DNA of 64,000 nt from Arenicellales bacterium (GTDB lineage Bacteria; Pseudomonadota; Gammaproteobacteria; Arenicellales; Poriferihabitantaceae). The stretch lies in NCBI GenBank assembly GCA_965200715.1, contig OZ241374.1, forward strand, positions 709,697-773,696, read 5' to 3'. Shown here piece after piece: positions 10,201-20,682 of this stretch (position 1 is its first letter; each line of letters begins with the position of its first letter). A program made the translations under genes and the position numbers. The notes under the pieces were generated by a model. The model saw only the letters and a program-made list of their open reading frames with translations. It made no database searches and had not been told where the DNA came from.

Positions 10201-10607
10201 TGTTTTGTTATAAGGAGGCTACTCGCTCTCTATTGACTTGTTGATCATTCGTGTCAAACCACACTTTGATTTTCTGCGAAAAGAAAAATGGGTGCTTCTC
10301 ACTTTTCGCTAGTTGCAGTATACACTTTCCAAAATTTCTTTCGGTAAACTTCGATAACTCCTTTTTGTTTCTACTCAATCCTATTTTACAGAATTGCACA
10401 ATTAATGAGTTTTTTCTTTACATAGCACAAAAATCAAAGTTCAAAAAAGTTCACCCCATCTCTAAAATGGGGAGATGTCCAAATCTCACTCTGAGGTTAC
10501 TACAATCGCAAACGACTCTGTACCAAGCGATTTGATTACCAAGAATGGGCGATATCATTACCCTATCAGGTTTTATTTAAGCATAGATACGAAAACGAAT
10601 AATATAA

Positions 10608-10795
10608 CTCAACTTTCGGACTTCATTTTTGCCGAAATAATCAAATAAACTATTGAAATAAGTATAAAAAAGGCCTCTTATCGGGTATAATATATGTTTT
10701 ACAAGGACATATCATTATATTTCCACCAATGGAGGCCTTCACCATGCATTATAAAGCCAAATCCGAGTCGTTGCCAAAACAAAACTGATTGAGCC
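10608..10795 (+). mobile_element. Truncated second copy (left end plus first codons) of the 4831-6505 IS
   Basis: Near-identical to the reverse complement of about 6330-6505. IR variant CTCAACTTTCGGACTT preceded by TATAA; carries a 5-bp AAAAC duplication; the match stops at the IS1380 end. Confidence 0.92.
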
Positions 10796-12533
10796 CCCTA
10801 ATCCTTAAATGGAAACGGTTTTACCCGTTATGAGTCGGTATTCGAGCAGTTGAGCGGAAAAATGGTCCAGAATAGTTCGAACGGCTGGATTCCGATCATG
10901 AATGATTCTCATTCACTTACTAAATCGTAGCGTAGTAGCGGGTTTTGGGCTCCAGAGCAAATTCTGGGCGTGCGAATCCATGGCCCTATTCGGCCAGTCC
11001 TAGATGGGTCCAGAGGAATCAGGGGATTAGAGCAGTCGGCAGGTGCGGATCATCCAGAGTGTTTCGTCCAGCAGTTTCCGATCCGTCGGGTTGACCTTCA
11101 AGACCCACTGCCGGGAATGACGAACGATCAGACCGGCCATATCGTACAACCGGCTACGGAACGTGCCGGCCCGATTGCCATACCACTTGAGACCGAGCTT
11201 CATGCGCAGGAGAACGAGCACGTTATAGGCGATACCATTCAAATACAGATAGACCGCATTGGCCCGGAATGTACTACCGGGCAAGTGAGCACCACTGAAG
11301 TTACTCCGCAGTTCTTTGAGACGATTTTCCGAGTCGTTTGCACGCTGGTTATACCACCACACAATCTCCGCATCGCTGAGCCCTTCAAGATCCGTCGCGA
11401 TGGCATGGTAGATGTATCCGTCTTTTTGGGCACTTTCCCCATCGATCGGATTCAACTGCTGCTCCTGCATCGCAATCTCTACCTGCTCAGGCTGCGCTGA
11501 AGTATCGGGGTTCTGAGGCTTGACTTTGCGGGGCACTCGGGTTTTCTGCACCACCAGGCAAAAGGCTTCCAGCGTCTCACCCATGGTATGCAAGGTTCGG
11601 GCGAGAAACTCGGTCTCGGAGAGAGAACCATCCTCATCGACTACTGGCTGCCACTCCGATTCCAGAATCTCTGCAATCAAGCCACGGACATTCTGGCTCA
11701 TCTTGGCTCGAATGGCAAAACGGGTTTCCTGTTCTCGGCAGATATTGATGACTGCCGCTTGATCCGAAACAGCATCGGCTCGAAACTTGGAAACTCGGAC
11801 GCCTTCTGGCAAAGCCTCGATACAATGTTGCAAAAATTCGACATTGCGGGCCGATGGCGGTACATTGCCCTTGCGTAGTTCTGCGTGTACCACTTGACTG
11901 GTCTCTGCGATATGCCCGACCATCGGGGTAAATCCCCGCTTGCCTTTATAAGTCCGATCTGCGGATTTCTTTTTCGCATGAATCACCGTCGCATCGATAT
12001 CCAAGGTCACATGATCACGGGTACCGAGACTCACCTGCAACAATTGACGTTTGACCTCGGGTAAACATTCCTTGAGGCTCGATGCTTGCCGACCGAACGC
12101 AGCCAGTTGCCCAGGGTACTTGAGCAGGGGATCGATTGGAATCACAGTAGCGACATCAAGCCCCGGTCTTTGCGCAGATGCACGATGTCATCGAGGTGTT
12201 TGGCTCCTTCATGCAGCATCAGGATGAAGGTATGGAAGAGCATGCTGAGTCGATCGCCTCGATTGCCGCCCGGGGTGGGCATCTGTTGATCCACGATGTT
12301 TCCGAGCCCGAGGCGTTCAAGCAGGGTTGCGGGGATCATCAGTCCGCTTCGTGCGGTGATTTTTCGATTGCTTTTCGCGGTTTTGTAGGGTAGAATTTTG
12401 ATCATCCTTGTGAAAGTTAGAGTGGTTAATTTTTTCACCCAATGGGTGATTTCTCGGAACGCTTATTTACCACTAATACTCTATTCTTACAAGGATTTTT
12501 CTATTTATACCGATTTCTAATTGTCGATTAGGG
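10796..12533 (-). mobile_element. IS1380-family element with frameshifted transposase
   Basis: Terminal IR core CCCTAATC at 10796 and, on the reverse strand, at 12533. Transposase split into 12142-12438 and 11027-12145, with motifs TLDIDATVI, FRADA, YNQR..SENRLKELR. The IPxSSTLGNWLR motif lies in a third frame near 12080-12130. Confidence 0.88.
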
Positions 12534-12584
12534 CAATAGGGATATGGCAAATGCACGCTATCCTCATGTTAAGATAAACTCATC

Positions 12585-13930
12585 ATGAATGTGGAAATTC
12601 AGAAAGAGCGCCGTCCGCTTCCTGCTGGTATTCAAACATTTCGCCGACTTCGGGAAAAGGGCTGTTATTATGTGGATAAAACGCCTCTGATTCGGCAAAT
12701 GATTGAAGAAGGTGATTTCTACTTTCTCTCTCGCCCCCGTCGTTTCGGTAAAAGTCTCTTGGTGAGTACACTAAAGGAACTGATTGAAGGCAACGAGCCA
12801 CTGTTTCAGGGTTTGGATATTCACTCCCACTGGGACTGGTCTATCAAGTATCCGGTCGTTCGTTTGAGTTTCGGTGGAAAAGTCAGCATTATCAAGAGTT
12901 CCGAAGACCATATTCGCTTTTTGTTTGTGATCGGCATCACGATGTTTTCCAAGACCAGTTTTTCTTCCGGTCTCAACAATCTTACCAATATCAGTTTATC
13001 TCCAAGGTATGCGACTATTTGCAGATATACCGATCATGATCTTGATACGGTATTTGCTCCGGAGCTAGAAGGGCTAGATCGGGACAAGATTCGTACCTGG
13101 TATAACGGCTACCACTGGCTCGGTACCGAGAAACTGTACAATCCTCATGACATTCTTCATCTCTTTTATGAGCGTGAGTACACGGAACACTGGTTTCAGT
13201 CTGGCGAGCCGGGCTATTTATATCGGATGCTGGAAAAGAACAGAGTCAGTCCCATGCAACTGGAAAACCGCATAGTCGTTGCGTCTTCGGTTTCCAAGTT
13301 TGTGCTGGACAAATTCAGTCATGAGGCCTTGCTGTTCCAGTCTGGGTATCTAACCATCAAAGAAAAGGAAGTGAAAGAGGACAATATTCTGTACCGTTTG
13401 GATTATCCCAATTATGAGGTGCAGAGAAGTTTTAACCTAGGATTTGCCGATCACCTGACGGGCTGTGGCCGAGAGATCATTGAGGCAGGAAATGTCTTGA
13501 TTCAGGCTCTAGCAGAGAATAATTTTTCTGCGTTCAAGGAGAATATTCAACCCATGTTCAAAGGAATTCCGTATGCATGGTCTTCCAGTGGTGGTCTTGA
13601 GCGTTATGAATCTTGGTATGCGAGTTTGCTGTCCATGAGCTTTCGCACCACACGGGTTGATCTGAAGGCAGAGGAAATGAGCGGGCATGGCCGTTCAGAC
13701 CTGGTGATCCTGCATGAGAATCAGATCTTCGTACTGGAATTCAAGATGGTGGAAGATAGCGAAAGTAAGGAAAGGAAAGTAGAAGAGGGTCTTGACGAGG
13801 CGATTACGCAGATTCGTGAAAAGGCTATGCCGAGAAGTATCAAGGCCTTGATCAATCTATCCATTTGATCGGAATGGTGTTTGGCCGAAATAAACGGAAC
13901 CTAGTGGACATGCGTGTTGAGAAGTTCTGA
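12585..13930 (+). pseudogene. AAA-ATPase-like / PD-(D/E)XK nuclease (PF09820/PF08011-type), internally deleted and frameshifted
   Basis: LPAGIQTF..YYVDKT, Walker A RPRRFGKSLL, GRSDL..LEFK. About 83 codons including Walker B are missing relative to the 61068-62651 paralogue. A frameshift near 13820 diverts the C-terminus; the original frame GYAEKYQ...HLIGMVFG...VEKF ends at TGA 13928-13930. Confidence 0.88.
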
Positions 13931-14108
13931 TTATTTTTGATTTGATTTGACTGGATATGCTTGCAATGATTCACAAAATGGATCGGGAATATATATATCA
14001 TAGATTGAACTCTTCAAATGCTAACTCAGATAGAAACATCTATCATTATCTACTTGCCAACAATAGCGAGAGAGTAGATACGAATCTCTCCAATATATAC
14101 AGAAGCAA

Positions 14109-14666
14109 ATGTCTTTAAACCGGTCAGAATCTATTCAACCACAAACCAAAGAAACCTATCCAAACATTTATCGGCGGATATGCATGCGCATGAATGGAAT
14201 GGATCATATTGATCTATTGCAACCCATCGGCAAAATGGATCATGATGATCGTTTGATTAATTTCCTTGAGCTATTCTCAGATTTAACTTGTAATGATATC
14301 GGAACCAAGGTTCGAGAAGTCTACTCTGAGCATATTTATTTTAGCGATACATTGAAAGTAATTGACGATTTAGATGAGTTAGCCAACTATCTGGAGGCGA
14401 CCGGAAACCACCTCGAGTATAGCCGAATCATCTTTGATCGAGTGTTCCAAATTGGCGATGAATACTTTATTCAATGGTATATGAAAACCGGGTTTAACTT
14501 GTTAGGTAGAGCATTGCAGACAAAATCAATCGGGATGTCGCACATACGTCTGGATGAGGAGGGTAAGGTCATTTTGCATCAGGATTTTTGGGACAACACA
14601 GAAGGATTATTCCGACATATTCCCCTGATCAAACTCTTCTATAAACAATTCAAAAGGAGAGTCTAA
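14109..14666 (+). CDS. NTF2/SnoaL-like protein (true start probably downstream)
   Basis: VYSEHIYFSDTL, GMSHIRLDEEGKVILHQDFWD; typical first gene of cfa/DUF1365 clusters. Confidence 0.85.
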   Translation: MSLNRSESIQPQTKETYPNIYRRICMRMNGMDHIDLLQPIGKMDHDDRLINFLELFSDLTCNDIGTKVREVYSEHIYFSDTLKVIDDLDELANYLEATGNHLEYSRIIFDRVFQIGDEYFIQWYMKTGFNLLGRALQTKSIGMSHIRLDEEGKVILHQDFWDNTEGLFRHIPLIKLFYKQFKRRV

Positions 14667-14671
14667 TTCCT

Positions 14672-15442
14672 GTGACAAGGAAGGACATTGAGAATCAAAC
14701 AGTTTGGATTACCGGAGCCTCTTCCGGTATTGGACGTGCTTTAACTTCAGTTTTAGCAGAGCGTAGGAATCATTTGATTCTAACTTCGCGAAATAGACAG
14801 AATCTGAATAACTTGGCCAAATCACTCAATTGCCCAGTGACTGTGATGGAGGCAGATCTTTCTCAGGCATCAGTCACCGATTTGTTACGAGTTGAGTTAG
14901 AAAAGCTAGAGTCTGGTCTTGATTTAGCAATTTTATGTGCAGGTGATTGCGAGTATGTGAATACCCAAAATTTCGATACAGGTGTTATCGAACGTATGTT
15001 CAATGTCAATGTGTTCGGATTATCTCGCTCAATCGAGGCCGCTCTACCTGCATTACGCAAATCAAAAAACTCACCACATATCGTGGGGATCAGTAGCGCA
15101 TCAGCGATAACGGGACTGCCACGGGCCGAAGCATACGGAGCGTCAAAAGCTGCCGTAGTCAGTATTTTGGAATCTTTAGCCTTGGATTTGTTTCAAGAAG
15201 GAATCGCAGTTACTTCCGTGTTACCTGGTTTTGTTGATACACCCTTGACCCAACGTAATGATTTCCCCATGCCATTTTTGATGAGTTCTGAGCAAGCGGC
15301 AAAAATTATTTTGACCGGTATTGAGGCAGACAAACGTCATATCGAATTTCCAAAAAAATTGACCTGGTTGCTTCGTTTTTTGAGCATGCTACCGGAGGAG
15401 ATTCGGTTAAAAATTGGTCAGCGTATGGTGCGGCGGGAATGA
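14672..15442 (+). CDS. Short-chain dehydrogenase/reductase
   Basis: WITGASSGIG, NVFG, YGASK catalytic motif, PGFVDTPLT. Confidence 0.92.
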   Translation: MTRKDIENQTVWITGASSGIGRALTSVLAERRNHLILTSRNRQNLNNLAKSLNCPVTVMEADLSQASVTDLLRVELEKLESGLDLAILCAGDCEYVNTQNFDTGVIERMFNVNVFGLSRSIEAALPALRKSKNSPHIVGISSASAITGLPRAEAYGASKAAVVSILESLALDLFQEGIAVTSVLPGFVDTPLTQRNDFPMPFLMSSEQAAKIILTGIEADKRHIEFPKKLTWLLRFLSMLPEEIRLKIGQRMVRRE

Positions 15443-16728
15443 AGATTGCCATCATCGGCGGTGGTATCAGCGGTCTAACAGTAGCTCGTTTGTTGCACAA
15501 GAAACATGACATCACTCTTTACGAAAGCGCCAACCGATTAGGCGGACATACCGCAACTGAAGAGTGTGTAGTGGATGGCAAATTACATTGGGTTGATACA
15601 GGATTTATCGTATTCAATGATCGTACCTATCCCAATTTCAACCGTTTGGTTGAAGGTCTTGGTGTCAGATGGCGTCCCACAAATATGAGTTTTAGTGTCA
15701 GTACACGACATGCCGATTGTCAGATTGTGCCATCTAGATCACAGAAAAACCAGATTTTCGAATATTCCGGTTCGGGTTTGAATGGATTGTTTGCCGATCG
15801 AAGGAACTTGCTGAATCCAAGGTTTCTCGGTATGTTGATCGACATCAGCCGTTTTGGTAAACGCGCCAAATACGATTATGATAATCAAGTCATACGACCT
15901 GGTTTATCACTCAAGGATTATCTTGATATGGGTGGTTATGGTGAGACTTTTCAATCGGCATATATCTTGCCTATGGCTTCAGCAATATGGTCATCACCGA
16001 TTACACAAATCCAGGAGTTCAATGCGCTGTTTTTTATTCGTTTCTTTATCAATCACGGTCTTCTTGAGACCAGAGATAGACCAAAATGGCGTACTATTGC
16101 AGGTGGATCCAAAAACTACATTGGGCCATTAAGTGAGCCTTTTCAATCGAAAATACGACTGTCATCTCCAGTTCAAGTCATCTGGCGAGAATCGGGTAAG
16201 GTAAGTGTTGTATGTAAACAGGAAAAGGTTGAGTATGAGCATGTCGTATTGGCTTGTCACACCGATCAAGCCTTGAATCTCATTCAGGATGTAACCATAC
16301 AAGAGAAAGAAATCCTGCGTGCTATACCTTTTCGAGATAACCACGTAGTTCTACATACGGATAAGAGAATGATGCCAGTCCAGAGGAGAGCTTGGGCAAG
16401 TTGGAACTATCTTTTGGATGGCACGGAAACCAAACAACCAGTTCTTACCTACAATATGAATTTGTTGCAAGGGATCCGCTCTTCACAGCCACTATGCGTT
16501 ACTGTCAACGGCTCCAGACATATTGATGAGAGACAGATTCTCGCTCACTATCATTATTCCCATCCCCAGTTTGGGGAAGAAAGTGTGAACGCTCAACAGA
16601 AACTAGCAAAGACCAATGGTACTCAAAACACTTGGTTCTGTGGCGCCTGGTGTGGTAATGGATTTCATGAAGATGGAGTAGTCAGTGCCATGAATGTGTC
16701 GAAAGCACTTGGAGCAAATGAATTATGA
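15439..16728 (+). CDS. FAD-dependent oxidoreductase (COG2907; UfaD-like fatty-acyl desaturase family)
   Basis: IAIIGGGISG, RLGGHT, VDTGFIVFNDRTYPNF, RAWASWNY, CGAWCGNGFHEDG. Confidence 0.9.
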   Translation: MKIAIIGGGISGLTVARLLHKKHDITLYESANRLGGHTATEECVVDGKLHWVDTGFIVFNDRTYPNFNRLVEGLGVRWRPTNMSFSVSTRHADCQIVPSRSQKNQIFEYSGSGLNGLFADRRNLLNPRFLGMLIDISRFGKRAKYDYDNQVIRPGLSLKDYLDMGGYGETFQSAYILPMASAIWSSPITQIQEFNALFFIRFFINHGLLETRDRPKWRTIAGGSKNYIGPLSEPFQSKIRLSSPVQVIWRESGKVSVVCKQEKVEYEHVVLACHTDQALNLIQDVTIQEKEILRAIPFRDNHVVLHTDKRMMPVQRRAWASWNYLLDGTETKQPVLTYNMNLLQGIRSSQPLCVTVNGSRHIDERQILAHYHYSHPQFGEESVNAQQKLAKTNGTQNTWFCGAWCGNGFHEDGVVSAMNVSKALGANEL

Positions 16729-17510
16729 CTGGTTCTGTTCTCTATCGCGGTATTATCCGCCATCGACGTTTCACTCCAGTTCTGCATGAATTTCGATATC
16801 GGATCACAATGCCGCTTCTTGATCTTGCTACAGTCGATCAGGAGTTGAATGTGCCGGGGTTGTTGGGGACCCAATATCCAGCTCTAGGATGGTTCCGTCG
16901 TATGGACTATGCCGGAGACCCAACTAAACCCCTATCTGATGTGATTAAAGATACCGTTGAATCGGAGCACGGATGGCGACCCAATGGACGAATTCGACTA
17001 CTTACAAATCTTCGATATTGGGGGTTTGTTATGAATCCAATTTCGATTTTTTACTGTGACGATAGTTACGGTCAATTACGATATGTAGTTTTACAAGTTA
17101 CAAATACGCCATGGCGCGAAAAGGAATTGTACGTTATTCGCTCTGAATCAGAATCTCACAATCAAAACAGTCGTTTTGCAAAACGCATGCATGTATCTCC
17201 ATTTCATCCAATGGATATGATCTATAACTGTCGTTTTCGCTCGCCCGAATCAAAATTATTTTTCCATCTGGAAAATCATCGATTGTCCCGCTGCGAAACA
17301 GATGCCACCTTAGTCCTTGAGCGTATACCCATGTCCATTACTCGATTGACTGCACTAGTGATTCGACAGCCCTCAATGACCCTTAAGACTGGAATTGGAA
17401 TCTATTGGCAAGCCTTGAAGTTGCGAATGAAAAAAGCACCCATATATCCTCACCCAAAGACTTGCAGTCCGATACTTGAAAAAACTCAACCACAAAATGA
17501 GCAGAGTTGA
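16725..17510 (+). CDS. DUF1365 family protein (UfaO-like)
   Basis: HRRFTPVLHEFRY, MNPISIFYC, VTNTPWRE, KRMHVSPF, IYWQALKL. Confidence 0.92.
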   Translation: MTGSVLYRGIIRHRRFTPVLHEFRYRITMPLLDLATVDQELNVPGLLGTQYPALGWFRRMDYAGDPTKPLSDVIKDTVESEHGWRPNGRIRLLTNLRYWGFVMNPISIFYCDDSYGQLRYVVLQVTNTPWREKELYVIRSESESHNQNSRFAKRMHVSPFHPMDMIYNCRFRSPESKLFFHLENHRLSRCETDATLVLERIPMSITRLTALVIRQPSMTLKTGIGIYWQALKLRMKKAPIYPHPKTCSPILEKTQPQNEQS

Positions 17511-17516
17511 TATCTC

Positions 17517-18779
17517 ATGAAAACAGATCAAATAGTCAACAAAGTTGTAGAAGATACACTTTTATCCGATTCAAAATTCCATAGAAGCAGTATTACTGTA
17601 GAGTTGGCACGCCGCTCAATTTTTGCATTTCTAAATTCTATAGAAGGAGGAAGTCTGCGTCTGGAAGAGCCGAACGCATCCTATCTATTTGGGAACTCAT
17701 CGTCTGAAGATGGCATACATGCGATGGTTGTAGTGAAGAACAAAAAGATGTATCGAATGGTTATGCTGAATACCTCAATTGGTGCTGGAGAGGCATTTAT
17801 GGAAGGTTACTGGACAAGTCCAGACCTAACTGCAGTGATTCGTCTTCTGTGTCGGAATTTGGCAAAATTTCGACGCTTGGGTGGGTTAGTTTCTAGTTTG
17901 GTCCGGTCTATGGAGCGCTATAGACACCGATTGGCCGCCAATACTCCGACCGGTTCAAGACGAAATATCCGTGCACACTATGATCTGGGAAATGAGTTTT
18001 TTGCGACTTTTCTTGACAAACATATGATGTACTCATCTGCCATTTTCTCCGAGAGCAGCCTTGATTTGGATACCGCTTCAAAACATAAGCTCCAGAAGAT
18101 CGGAGGTCATCTGGAGTTAACCGAAAATGATCATGTGTTAGAGATTGGAACCGGTTGGGGAGGACTTGCTGTCTATTTTGCAGAAAACTATTCTTGTAAA
18201 GTAACCACCACGACCATCTCTGCTGAGCAGTATTCATATACTTGTGAACTGGTTAAGAAAAAAGGTCTTGATCAGTACATAACGGTACTCAACCAGGATT
18301 ATCGGGAACTTGCTGGACAGTTTGACAAGTTGGTTTCAGTTGAAATGATTGAAGCTGTTGGGCACAACTATCTTCAGAAATATCTCAACAAGTGCAATGA
18401 GTTGTTAGTTCCCAAAGGGAAATTTCTTTTGCAAGCGATTGTGATACCTGAACAAAGATATCAAGCAGCCCGAAATGGTGTAGATTTCATTCAGCGCTAC
18501 ATTTTTCCTGGAGGTGGTCTCCCTTCTCTGGAATCCATTCTGAAATCTGCAGGAAAGAATACCCAACTTCAGATGAAATATCTCGAAGACATCGGGGCAG
18601 ATTATGCTGAGACTCTCCGTCACTGGCGATATCGCTTTCTCAGCAACTCAGAACGGATTACTGCCATGGGCTTTGATGACAGATTCATGCGTATGTGGCA
18701 ATTTTATCTTGCTTACTGCGAGGGTGGGTTCGATGAAGATGCCATTAGTGCTACACAAATTCTACTAGTGAAAGTTTGA
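17517..18779 (+). CDS. cfa: Cyclopropane-fatty-acyl-phospholipid synthase family SAM methyltransferase (Cfa/UfaM-like)
   Basis: NIRAHYDLGNEFF, MMYSSA, VLEIGTGWGG, VSVEMIEAVG, YIFPGG, WQFYLAYCEGGF. Confidence 0.93.
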   Translation: MKTDQIVNKVVEDTLLSDSKFHRSSITVELARRSIFAFLNSIEGGSLRLEEPNASYLFGNSSSEDGIHAMVVVKNKKMYRMVMLNTSIGAGEAFMEGYWTSPDLTAVIRLLCRNLAKFRRLGGLVSSLVRSMERYRHRLAANTPTGSRRNIRAHYDLGNEFFATFLDKHMMYSSAIFSESSLDLDTASKHKLQKIGGHLELTENDHVLEIGTGWGGLAVYFAENYSCKVTTTTISAEQYSYTCELVKKKGLDQYITVLNQDYRELAGQFDKLVSVEMIEAVGHNYLQKYLNKCNELLVPKGKFLLQAIVIPEQRYQAARNGVDFIQRYIFPGGGLPSLESILKSAGKNTQLQMKYLEDIGADYAETLRHWRYRFLSNSERITAMGFDDRFMRMWQFYLAYCEGGFDEDAISATQILLVKV

Positions 18780-19291
18780 TCTATATGGCCCATATTATTG
18801 CCAATGCTGTGAAGTTCCAAATTGGATGGGTGTTGGTTGTTTTGTATGGAAATACCATGGCAATGGTTTGTGCAGTTATTGCTCTACTAATCTACAGCAA
18901 GTGGTTTTACTCTGGAATTCAAGATCTCATTTTGATCGGATTAACAGTCGCTTTGGGGTTTGTCGGCGATACTTTGATGGGCTACTTTGGGCTCTTGGAG
19001 TATCCTAGCGGATTGATAGTACCGCCGTTTTGGATGATAACCTTGTGGTTATTATTTTCTATGACCTTGCCATGGTCTTTACGACCTCTTATTCGAAGGC
19101 GACCGCTTTTCATACTGTTCTGCATCATCGGTGGTCCCTTAAGTTATGTAGTCGGAGTTCGCTTGACCGATGTGGAATTTGGTTTAGAGCCTATGAACGT
19201 TATCCTGATTCTGTCTGCTATCTGGATCGTCTACGGATTTGTTCTGTCAAATTTTGTAACCCGCTGGGAGACGGTGAACGAAAAGATTTAA
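18776..19291 (+). CDS. DUF2878 membrane protein
   Basis: ANAVKFQIGW, PPFWMITLWLLF, GGPLSYVVG; hydrophobic; usual member of this cluster. Confidence 0.85.
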   Translation: MIYMAHIIANAVKFQIGWVLVVLYGNTMAMVCAVIALLIYSKWFYSGIQDLILIGLTVALGFVGDTLMGYFGLLEYPSGLIVPPFWMITLWLLFSMTLPWSLRPLIRRRPLFILFCIIGGPLSYVVGVRLTDVEFGLEPMNVILILSAIWIVYGFVLSNFVTRWETVNEKI

Positions 19292-19470
19292 TGGAAACCA
19301 CAATCCCTCCACCAATTGATCAATGACCCCTTGAATTTACTGCTATAAATCCTGACTGTATACACGATAGTGCCTGTCGTTTGACCCTTTTACTCCAACT
19401 TGGTGGATACTCCGATCAAATTTTAAAAAGCAGGAAATGTTGTCATTCGAAATGACTGACAGTAATTCGG

Positions 19471-19661
19471 TTAACTACCTGTGTATTTCGGTGAATGGTC
19501 ATTATCTTCGAGCAGTAGGCTCATGGGGACTTTCCCTTCCAACATGGTTGTGATTCTCTCAACCAGTCATTATCGGTTTCTAAATTATCAAAAAATGATG
19601 TGGGGATTTGCGGATGATAAATCAGATGGTCAATGAGTACAAATTGCTGTCCTACAACCAT
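19471..19661 (-). pseudogene. Possible Xre/MbcA/ParS-type antitoxin C-terminal relic
   Basis: One frameshift joins SFFDNLETDNDWLRESQP to LEGKVPMSLLL, resembling the F-G-D-x4-W-L-x-x-P-x3-L-x-G-x-x-P-x-x-L-L pattern of DUF2384. Confidence 0.3.
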
Positions 19662-20136
19662 TCACAGTCCTCAAATAATTTGGAAAGAAACTTGAGTTGG
19701 GGTACATACAAGTCCAGCTGCAAGTTTGAAATTATCAATTTCTCACTCACTTTCAATCAATAAAATAGCCTATGTATGCTCATTTGATATTGGATAAGCA
19801 ATAAGTTTTTTGCAGTTGTAGTGGCAAAATGATAAATCTCGAAAAAGCAAAAAATGTGGTAAACACCGACCCAAGCAAGTGGATTCGAAGACCAAACTAG
19901 GCTAATTTCCAGATGTGAGTAGATTAATTTGGATGATGAATGGTGGAATATGGAATGTATTTGTTTTACTTTTTTGAGCGTCAACACGAAAAGACAAGTC
20001 ATTTCGTTAGCGTGTGCATACTAACGCATTCAGGATAGAGTAAAGTTCAAGTTATAGAATAAGCGGAATTATAGAGGGTCTCAATTATTTTAAAGCCCTC
20101 CCAACTTAGCCAACTTAGAGTATTTGGGCAAGGAGA

Positions 20137-20682
20137 ATGAGGATATCAGTCATCCGACATGTTGGAGTTCAGTGTTTTATTCTTGGCATACTATTGCTAT
20201 TTTCTATATCGTTTGCTAACGAACGGCATCCCGAATATAGCGACCGGATTGAAGCACATACCCCAACAGGATGTGTAAATTACAAATTTCTGTTTTTTCG
20301 ACTCTATCGAGCTGAACTCTGGAGCGATTCGTACCCCTTATTGGATAACAATTATGGACTAACTTTAATCTATGACTACGAATTTTCTCAGCATGAACTG
20401 GTTTGGGCGTCTATTTCGGAAATGGCGCGGATTTCAAATCGGCCGAAGTCGACTTTTGATTCAACCAGAATAAAACTCGAGCAAATTATGCGAACTGTTT
20501 CTAAAGGTGATCGTTTCACAGCCTGGAAAATTGGCGAGAACGCCTTGGAGTTTTTCTTCAACGGGGATCCAGTCGGAATATTGGATGAAGAAGTGGATCT
20601 GTTTCTTGCAATATGGCTCAGTGAAAAAAGCAGAAAACCAGAACTTGCCAAGCGGTTACTGGGTGGAAAGTGTAACTCTTAA
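20137..20682 (+). CDS. Chalcone-isomerase-like exported protein
   Basis: Signal peptide; FLFFRLYRAELW, LTLIYDYEF, VSKGDRFT, FLAIWLSEKSRKPELAKRLLG. Confidence 0.85.
   Translation: MRISVIRHVGVQCFILGILLLFSISFANERHPEYSDRIEAHTPTGCVNYKFLFFRLYRAELWSDSYPLLDNNYGLTLIYDYEFSQHELVWASISEMARISNRPKSTFDSTRIKLEQIMRTVSKGDRFTAWKIGENALEFFFNGDPVGILDEEVDLFLAIWLSEKSRKPELAKRLLGGKCNS

Noticed and set aside
10899-10915. Palindrome TGAATGA-TTC-TCATTCA resembling a Fur-type operator
   Set aside because: It lies inside the IS1380 3' region with no iron-related gene downstream, so it is more likely an IS-internal feature.
13931-14230. RpoE-ChrR promoter upstream of the cfa/DUF1365 cluster
   Set aside because: No properly spaced TGATC plus -10 pair could be identified by eye.
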